Shown here one piece after another: positions 58,111 to 64,000 of a DNA stretch of 64,000 nt. Each line of letters opens with the position of its first letter. Positions within the stretch are counted from its first letter, which is position 1. A program made the translations under genes and the position numbers. This DNA comes from a virus. The stretch lies in IMG/VR virus record IMGVR_UViG_3300001460_000022, positions 5,780-69,779 of that record. One strand, given 5' to 3'. A model generated the notes under the pieces. The model was not told the DNA's origin. It saw only the letters and a program-made list of their open reading frames with translations, and made no database searches.

Positions 58111-60006
58111 TCAAATCGCAAATGGAATAAATGTTCCCTCTGGTTTTTGTTCTACAGACGCATTCTCAGCATCAAAAAATACTTTCGCAAACCAGTTACC
58201 TAAAACCAAGGAAGAATAAGAGTCTTTTCTAGCTCTATTTGGACCTTTTTGTCTTCTGAGGTTTTGTGGTAAATTAAATGACTGAGAACCTTGTGGGTTT
58301 GCTATAACCTCAATGTTAGCACATTCTGACTTTGTAAGTTCAATAACATACTTTTGGTGGTCTATGAAATCAATCATCATGGCCCCTTTAGAAGCTTTTG
58401 GTGATTTTATATCCCAGTTTAATTTATCTATAGGCAAGTTCTTTTTTCTTTGTTCATCAAAATGAGCATCAACCGCTCTGGACGCAAATAAAATTCTTTT
58501 ATGATCTATTGCTGCTTGTAGCATTTCATTAGCATTTCTAATCCAATTAGAAGTAGGTTTCCTTAAAATACAATATTTACGTTCTCTTAAGTTGTATTGA
58601 TTTTTAAAATTTATTATATCTGAATGCCAATTTTCTGGTTTTTCTAGATCAACGTCAATAACACCAATGTTTATATTTGCATTTTTAAACAAAGCACTCT
58701 CATTACAAGAATTTATAAACTGAACTCCTCCATTGTAGTCACCACAGATACCAACAATATTAAAGTGCTGTATTAGATATAACATATACTCCATATGTTG
58801 TTTTAAAGAAACTCCCGCTATAGCATAACCATGAATTAAACAAACTTTTTGTGCGTCTCTGTCTATCTTAAAAACATGCATCGCAAAATGGTCAGCACTT
58901 GTATTGCCAGCCCAGTTTGGGTCAAAAGATAACAAGTATTCATCACTGGGGTTCCCAACTACTTCAACAGCAGGAAATTCTCCATCTGGGATAGTGCAAG
59001 CAGCCATCTTTGATAATCTGTAATATCCATCACTTTCATCTATAAATTGTGCGCCAAACTCTCTTTTAAACTGCATCTCACTCATAGTAGCTTTTGCTTG
59101 TTTAAGCAGATTTTGATCGTAGAGTCTTGATGGGGCGCAGTCGTAACTTAACTGCATGATTAGTCTATAAGCATCATCTTTAAGATCGTCTTCCTCATAG
59201 TCTTCTTTTTTTACTCCGTCTCCTTGTATTAACTCTTCATATTTTTTATAGAGTTTATACATATATTCAAATTTAAATGATGGAGATGAAAGAATAATAA
59301 GTTTATTATTAGGCCATATATATCTATCCTTTTCTCTCATCTCGCCTTTGTCGATTAGACGGGATTCTAAATTGTATAGTTCCTCCCTCTCGATAGGATT
59401 CTCTACCACCCCCAGAAATGGTATAATAACTTCATTAAATATTTTTTCAGGTATCGTTAAGAACTCATCCAAAACAATCCTATTAAATCGAAATCCACGA
59501 AGCCTCTCACCATTAGCTAACGGAAGGGCTATCGCCCTAGCCTTACCTAAAGTCATTGTCCATTGGTCAGTTCCTTTAGTTATTTTAAATCCACATTCTT
59601 TGATTAGACTTGCTTCGGGTTTGCTAATTATATCCTCCATCTTTTGGAAGATTTGTTTAGATTGCCTAAATGTCCCTGCAATAACTCCTATGTTTGAATT
59701 AGGGTTGAGTAGACACTCTAGTAAGACGTAGATCGCAGTAGAGAACGTCTTCGACATACCACGCGAGAAAACGAACATAGAATAGTCAGAAACCATCATC
59801 CCCTTAATAGCCATTGCCTGAAAGGGGAATAACTTAACACCTAAAAATAACTCAGAAGTAAATGCTATATTGTTCCGTAAGAACTTATACAGCAAATACT
59901 TCGCTTCTTCTTCTTTGATACTGCCGTCCATTTCCTTTAGGAACTTATTTAGTTCCTGAGAGGAATGCTCAAGCCGATATCCTTGTTTTCCCTTTGTCCA
60001 AGACAT
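58111..60006 (-). CDS. terL: Terminase large subunit
   Basis: LFPFQ Q-motif, Walker A-like SRGMSKT, LRG...IVLDE Walker B, LSS motif III, FKREFGAQF, and RNase H-like SFDP...D...KD. Confidence 0.88.
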   Translation of the reverse strand: MSWTKGKQGYRLEHSSQELNKFLKEMDGSIKEEEAKYLLYKFLRNNIAFTSELFLGVKLFPFQAMAIKGMMVSDYSMFVFSRGMSKTFSTAIYVLLECLLNPNSNIGVIAGTFRQSKQIFQKMEDIISKPEASLIKECGFKITKGTDQWTMTLGKARAIALPLANGERLRGFRFNRIVLDEFLTIPEKIFNEVIIPFLGVVENPIEREELYNLESRLIDKGEMREKDRYIWPNNKLIILSSPSFKFEYMYKLYKKYEELIQGDGVKKEDYEEDDLKDDAYRLIMQLSYDCAPSRLYDQNLLKQAKATMSEMQFKREFGAQFIDESDGYYRLSKMAACTIPDGEFPAVEVVGNPSDEYLLSFDPNWAGNTSADHFAMHVFKIDRDAQKVCLIHGYAIAGVSLKQHMEYMLYLIQHFNIVGICGDYNGGVQFINSCNESALFKNANINIGVIDVDLEKPENWHSDIINFKNQYNLRERKYCILRKPTSNWIRNANEMLQAAIDHKRILFASRAVDAHFDEQRKKNLPIDKLNWDIKSPKASKGAMMIDFIDHQKYVIELTKSECANIEVIANPQGSQSFNLPQNLRRQKGPNRARKDSYSSLVLGNWFAKVFFDAENASVEQKPEGTFIPFAI

Positions 60007-60922
60007 TTACTCGTTCATCTATAAAATATTGTAAGTCAACATTCCACATAGCTTCACCATGATAAAGAATAAGTGGAATTAGCTTTTTAGCTCCTGCTCT
60101 GTTGTGTGCAAAAATGATTTGTATGTTTTTAGGGTAGTCTGTAATTAAGTTTCTTATATTGTGCCATAAATAACCAAGATTAGACTTAAACTTGGAAACC
60201 TTGTTATCTTCTTCTAGTTTGTTTATTGTTGTTTCTACCACAACGAACATGTAAGAATTAAACTCTACGCATCTATCCATCTCGCGCCTAAACCTGTCAA
60301 TGTCCTTGCCGAAGGTTTGTCTGAAGTCATCTTGCGACTTACGATCAACAAATGTCTTTGTATAAAGATCTCCTCTGGCCGTATAGTCTCCGAAGTCCAA
60401 TTTGTTTGTTACAGAGTCTTGAAAAATAAGTGGGGTTTTTTCTCTAGTATCAGTAAAGATTGGTATAGTCTGATAATCATTCTCCCAGAAATTTTTAGGT
60501 AGATTTGCATTGAAGTAATTTTCTACCCCGACTTCTTCCAAAAAGGCAGAATACGAACCCCAAAACTTTTTATAGTAAAATATGCTCGCCATCTGCGACA
60601 AGTCGTAAAAAAGGTTTGGAGGAGATATAGAAATTTCTTTTAATGTAAATTTATCTACTACCTTTTCTTTAATATACTTTTTGACATCCTCCTCTGGAGC
60701 CGAGTCCATCCATAACTTAAAATTATCATAACAGTTAAAGCTATCCCTAAAATATTGATCATAAGATCGAAAAGCCAATTTTTCACCCGTGTAGAGGTCT
60801 CTTCGGTCGTAATGTTTGACATAGTAATCTCCTATAGTTAGAGAATGAGCTTTTAAGTGAGCATGGAAGCTTCTTTTTTTGTTAAACTCTTTACCACATT
60901 CTTTACAGACAAAATCGCTCAT
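59969..60922 (-). CDS. C2H2 zinc finger-ERCC4/XPF-type nuclease fusion
   Basis: CKECGKEF...HAHLKAH, followed by IFTDTREK...LDFGDY...VDRKSQDDF...VVVE. Confidence 0.75.
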   Translation of the reverse strand: MSDFVCKECGKEFNKKRSFHAHLKAHSLTIGDYYVKHYDRRDLYTGEKLAFRSYDQYFRDSFNCYDNFKLWMDSAPEEDVKKYIKEKVVDKFTLKEISISPPNLFYDLSQMASIFYYKKFWGSYSAFLEEVGVENYFNANLPKNFWENDYQTIPIFTDTREKTPLIFQDSVTNKLDFGDYTARGDLYTKTFVDRKSQDDFRQTFGKDIDRFRREMDRCVEFNSYMFVVVETTINKLEEDNKVSKFKSNLGYLWHNIRNLITDYPKNIQIIFAHNRAGAKKLIPLILYHGEAMWNVDLQYFIDERVNVLDKGKTRISA

Positions 60923-61980
60923 AAGATCTCTTTTTTAGATATTCCTAGAATCCTAGCTTTGTAGTCATCCATAGACTCAAGTCGATCAGCTTCTTCTTCG
61001 ATTAGCTTGTTCTGCATCTCTGCCATCATTATCATGCGATCACGCTCCTCTTTGTCTTGAAAAGCTTCGACTAGTGCAGCGATGCTTCCGTTCTGCTCCC
61101 CCCTTGCCTTTAAACGCGCCTGACGGCTCCCGTTAAGGTCTTTCGTCAAAGATTCGATTCTCTTCTCACATTGGTTTAGCTCGTCGCTGGTGGCCTTTAT
61201 AATCTCCGTAAGGCGCAATGTTATATCTCGTTCATTTTCAGTGTCATTGAGCATATTATTCAATCTGTCGATTCTCTGTTGAATATGCTTCTGCCGAACA
61301 TAGTTCGTGCAAACAGTAATATACAAGTTTAGCTCATCATTTGTTAAATCGGGCTTGTCCCACACCGTTCTAACAAACTCACTCTCAAATAAATCTCTAT
61401 CTGCTATTGTTGAATATTGATTGATGAAATGAACGAAACGAGGACTCTTCAGGTAGAAGAGAAGCTTCTCACACATTTTCTTTTGTTTTGTTTGTATTGA
61501 TATCTCATCAAAGCTCTGTCCCGCCCAGTCATTAACCTTTTTAATGGATCTAGATAGTGATTTAGGTGGAGACCACTTATCATTAGTGACCATATCGTTA
61601 TCATCTACGATTTCTGGCCTGTAGCTACGCAAAAATTCCATCACCATCCTATGCTGCTGGCTCAATGGTTGAATTTCTCTATCTCGGAAAACTAATCTAG
61701 TCGCTTCCAAAGCATTCATACCCCTTTCGATGTTGTCACTCATCAAAAATTCTCTTTGTTGCGTCTCTAACTCAATTTCTTCAACTCTTTGGGGTGTAGT
61801 AGTATTAAATTCTAAATTATTATTAATTAAAAATGCTCTAACAGCCCTACCTTCTTTAGAACGACCATCTAAAGTGTCGTCATTAAACACAATTTGCGTA
61901 ATATGTCTTAAATCGGGGTTTTTAGTAAACTCTTCTTGTATTTGGGTTTTCTGTTCTTCTGTTAACTGTAGATTATTCAT
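60919..61980 (-). CDS. Coiled-coil hypothetical protein (possible terminase small subunit)
   Basis: Helical repeats and a long coiled coil. Two genes upstream of terL. The function is inferred from position only. Confidence 0.45.
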   Translation of the reverse strand: MNNLQLTEEQKTQIQEEFTKNPDLRHITQIVFNDDTLDGRSKEGRAVRAFLINNNLEFNTTTPQRVEEIELETQQREFLMSDNIERGMNALEATRLVFRDREIQPLSQQHRMVMEFLRSYRPEIVDDNDMVTNDKWSPPKSLSRSIKKVNDWAGQSFDEISIQTKQKKMCEKLLFYLKSPRFVHFINQYSTIADRDLFESEFVRTVWDKPDLTNDELNLYITVCTNYVRQKHIQQRIDRLNNMLNDTENERDITLRLTEIIKATSDELNQCEKRIESLTKDLNGSRQARLKARGEQNGSIAALVEAFQDKEERDRMIMMAEMQNKLIEEEADRLESMDDYKARILGISKKEIL

Positions 61981-62660
61981 AAAATATCGTTATCCTTCAT
62001 GATTTTAAGGGCAATGTGATAAAATTTCTTTTTTAAATTTGCCATTTGTTTATATCTTGGTTTTCTTCTTTTAGAAGAATCCGCTTTAAACCCAAACTTC
62101 TTTGCTACTTCATTTTCATCGATATGATCAATATAAAGCATGTAATATATGTTTTTATGTTTTTCATTTAATTGTTCCATAACCAACACATGCAACTTGT
62201 CTGAAGATTCTTTATAATCTACAAAATCTTGAATATTCGTCGTTCCTGTAGCTATACCCTCTTCTAACGCTAAAGGTAATTTTATATTGTAAGCTCTTTC
62301 TTTTTTTTTCCTCCATTTAGCGAAATCAGGGCAGCTTTCATCTTGCTCTTGGCTTTTTGTTAATTCACAAGAATTTGCCCCCATATTATGAGGACAACGC
62401 AGACACGGCTTTGCGAAACTTGAATAATTATTACGAATCAGATTTTTTATCTGATTAGATATAATCATCGAAGCCCAAGGCTTAAATGAACGAGACTGAT
62501 CCCATAGATGCCACTTATTATATATATGTAAGCGAATTATTTGACAGACATCATCGTAGTCCATCCACGCTAAAGCACTTAATTGCCATTTAGGTCTATA
62601 TTTTTTAAGAAGCTCTTCTAAATCATCGCGTTGACTTTCAAAATCATTATTCATCAACAT
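61977..62660 (-). CDS. Phage sigma factor-like protein with a Cys4 insert
   Basis: Region 2-like DYDDVCQIIRLHIYNKWHLWDQSRSFKPWASMIISNQIKNLIR, C..C...C...C insert, and a C-terminal HTH (QLNEKHK...EVAKKFG). Confidence 0.65.
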   Translation of the reverse strand: MLMNNDFESQRDDLEELLKKYRPKWQLSALAWMDYDDVCQIIRLHIYNKWHLWDQSRSFKPWASMIISNQIKNLIRNNYSSFAKPCLRCPHNMGANSCELTKSQEQDESCPDFAKWRKKKERAYNIKLPLALEEGIATGTTNIQDFVDYKESSDKLHVLVMEQLNEKHKNIYYMLYIDHIDENEVAKKFGFKADSSKRRKPRYKQMANLKKKFYHIALKIMKDNDIL

Positions 62661-63003
62661 CCCTCATACGGGAAGACGAGCATTCTTTAACAGTTTGATC
62701 TAAAAGGGCTTGACCTTCTGGATCATTTGAAGGAGGTCTTTGCATAGGAGGTAAGTTAGATGATTGAGAACCAGCAGAAGACCAAATGTCTTTTAAACTA
62801 GTCTTATCACTATTACCCTCAACAACAATACTTCTTTTTAATTTATTTAAATCGACATCTAGCTCTGGCTCTAGCTCTGGCTCTTGTTTTTTAGAAGCTT
62901 TTGACAAACCATCGAGACTTTCACCGCAACTAGAACAAAATTTAGGCTTTGTCACCTCATACAAGATCTTATGTCCACACGATACACAAAAAAGTTTATT
63001 CAT
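62647..63003 (-). CDS. Zinc-ribbon protein
   Basis: FCVSCG...KFCSSCGE. Confidence 0.7.
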   Translation of the reverse strand: MNKLFCVSCGHKILYEVTKPKFCSSCGESLDGLSKASKKQEPELEPELDVDLNKLKRSIVVEGNSDKTSLKDIWSSAGSQSSNLPPMQRPPSNDPEGQALLDQTVKECSSSRMRDVDE

Positions 63004-63008
63004 GGCTA

Positions 63009-63037
63009 ATTTTATTAATTTAATTGGTTTTTTTCAA
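63009..63037 (-). promoter_or_regulatory. sigma70-type promoter for a leaderless transcript
   Basis: TTGAAA-17 bp-TAAAAT, then 5 nt to the ATG at 63003. Confidence 0.6.
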
Positions 63038-63692
63038 TTTTATCTACTAAATAGCTGATAATCTTATCTCTCATAACATCATCCTTCGTAAAATGTAGAT
63101 GATGTATCCCATGACTTCTACTTTCTTCATCATCGAAGACCTTACAAAATTTTTCAAAGCCAGTAGACCTAATATCACTCTGCATTGTATCTCCACATAT
63201 AAATAATGTAGAGTTTGCACTTATTCTAGTAATGACAGTTGTAAGTTCTTTTATTGTCATGTTTTGGGCTTCATCAACGATAACGACCTTGTTTCTCCAT
63301 GTGGCCCCACGAATAAAGTTAATCGGGGCCGCATCTATCGCATTCCGTTGTTGTATTTGTTGTTTTTCATGTGGACTTAAAAGTTCATCCAGCTTATCTT
63401 CTAAAGGACCAATATATGGATTAAATTTATCATCCATACTCCCTTTCAGAAAACCCAACCCCTTCTCCGCACTCTCAGCTAAACTCCTCAAATATAGGAT
63501 CTTAAGCAGATTGTCTTGATTGTGTTTATATATAGCAGTATACACTGACATAAATGTCTTTGCCGTCCCTGCTGGCCCACTTATAAATACTACCCGCGTT
63601 TCGGGGTTCCTCATGATCTTATGAAATTGACTTTGTTTTTCTGTAAGTTCTATATGCCCCAACAAAAAAGAGTTTTTATATTTATATGACAT
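63015..63692 (-). CDS. phoH: PhoH-family ATPase
   Basis: GPAGTAKT, LGFLKG, FIRGAT, VDEAQN, TRI and GDTMQSD. Confidence 0.92.
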   Translation of the reverse strand: MSYKYKNSFLLGHIELTEKQSQFHKIMRNPETRVVFISGPAGTAKTFMSVYTAIYKHNQDNLLKILYLRSLAESAEKGLGFLKGSMDDKFNPYIGPLEDKLDELLSPHEKQQIQQRNAIDAAPINFIRGATWRNKVVIVDEAQNMTIKELTTVITRISANSTLFICGDTMQSDIRSTGFEKFCKVFDDEESRSHGIHHLHFTKDDVMRDKIISYLVDKIEKNQLN

Positions 63693-63704
63693 GTATGTTC
63701 TTTT

Positions 63705-63710
63705 TTACAC
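63705..63710 (-). promoter_or_regulatory. GTGTAA motif upstream of phoH
   Basis: Ends 12 nt before the ATG at 63692. Confidence 0.55.
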
Positions 63711-63850
63711 GAATAACTGAATCGAAGGCTTCTTGTTTATAGAATTCACCACCCCCCCGCGCTGTGAGCGTCAAGTCATTTCTCAAAAATTCTCAGAAAA
63801 CCCACCCCTATCTACCCCACCAAAAAAACAAAATAAAAGCATCTTTTCTC

Positions 63851-63879
63851 TTGCGTTCTCTCTGGATCTGTGCTACAAT
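63851..63879 (+). promoter_or_regulatory. sigma70-type promoter for a leaderless transcript
   Basis: TTGCGT-17 bp-TG-C-TACAAT (extended -10), then 6 nt to the ATG at 63886. Confidence 0.7.
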
Positions 63880-63885
63880 ACACCC

Positions 63886-64000
63886 ATGACAAAAACAAAT
63901 TCAATCCCCACTAAGTCAGTCCAAAATCTAGAAATCAGTGATGATATGCATGACACGGTTGAAATGGGATATATGGAAGCAGATAAGTGTTTCTACTACT
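63886..64000 (+). CDS. Hypothetical protein, partial (probable early gene)
   Basis: MTKTNSIPTKSVQNLEISDDMHDTVEMGYMEADKCFYY..., open to the window end. Confidence 0.5.
   Translation, partial: MTKTNSIPTKSVQNLEISDDMHDTVEMGYMEADKCFYY

Noticed and set aside
62857-62883. Tandem repeat TCTAGCTCTGGC
   Set aside because: It simply encodes a low-complexity EPELEPEL linker in the zinc-ribbon protein.
1-64000. Stop-codon reassignment
   Set aside because: Standard-code ORFs tile the window densely, and TAA, TAG and TGA all end full-length conserved genes.
1-64000. Short antisense or nested ORFs in the track (e.g. 263-583, 52680-53138, 53382-53774, 59348-59731)
   Set aside because: They lie within well-supported genes, show no recognisable motifs and look like shadow frames.
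1-64000. tRNA, tmRNA or rRNA genes
   Set aside because: The few intergenic gaps contain no cloverleaf or T-loop GTTCGA context that I could find by eye. A tRNAscan/ARAGORN run would settle it.
1-64000. Specific host assignment
   Set aside because: Promoter style only argues against Bacteroidota. Nothing in the window identifies the host without database comparison.

Overview
A 64-kb, AT-rich, gene-dense segment of a large tailed dsDNA bacteriophage, probably aquatic (PhoH, Hsp20 and class I RNR present). It is most likely a siphovirus, because it has a 1703-aa tape measure and no sheath gene in the window. Left to right: (1) a minus-strand replication block with a partial Clp ATPase, a DnaE split into PHP / DEDDh exonuclease / polymerase genes, a Cas4-like nuclease, primase, endonuclease VII, DnaB and RecA; (2) a ~10-kb nucleotide-sugar, glycosyltransferase and tailoring operon headed by a structured RNA leader; (3) nrdB-methyltransferase-nrdA; (4) a divergent intergenic region with CGTAT repeats (candidate origin); (5) a plus-strand block with a sigma factor, three more glycosyltransferases, Hsp20, an SSB-like protein and an annealase-like protein; (6) a minus-strand morphogenesis module from terminase to tail tip, preceded by a zinc finger-ERCC4 nuclease, a second sigma factor and PhoH. 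The most notable signals are: outer virion proteins enriched in [S/T]-G dipeptides alongside eight glycosyltransferase-like genes (candidate virion O-glycosylation system); a tape measure with GF(V/I)PNY repeats bracketing a nuclease-like cargo, near a trypsin-like protease gene; a GTGTAA motif in front of late genes; leaderless sigma70 promoters; and a multi-state ~70-nt RNA ahead of the glycan operon. All calls come from motifs read by eye. No database search was run, and counts are manual.
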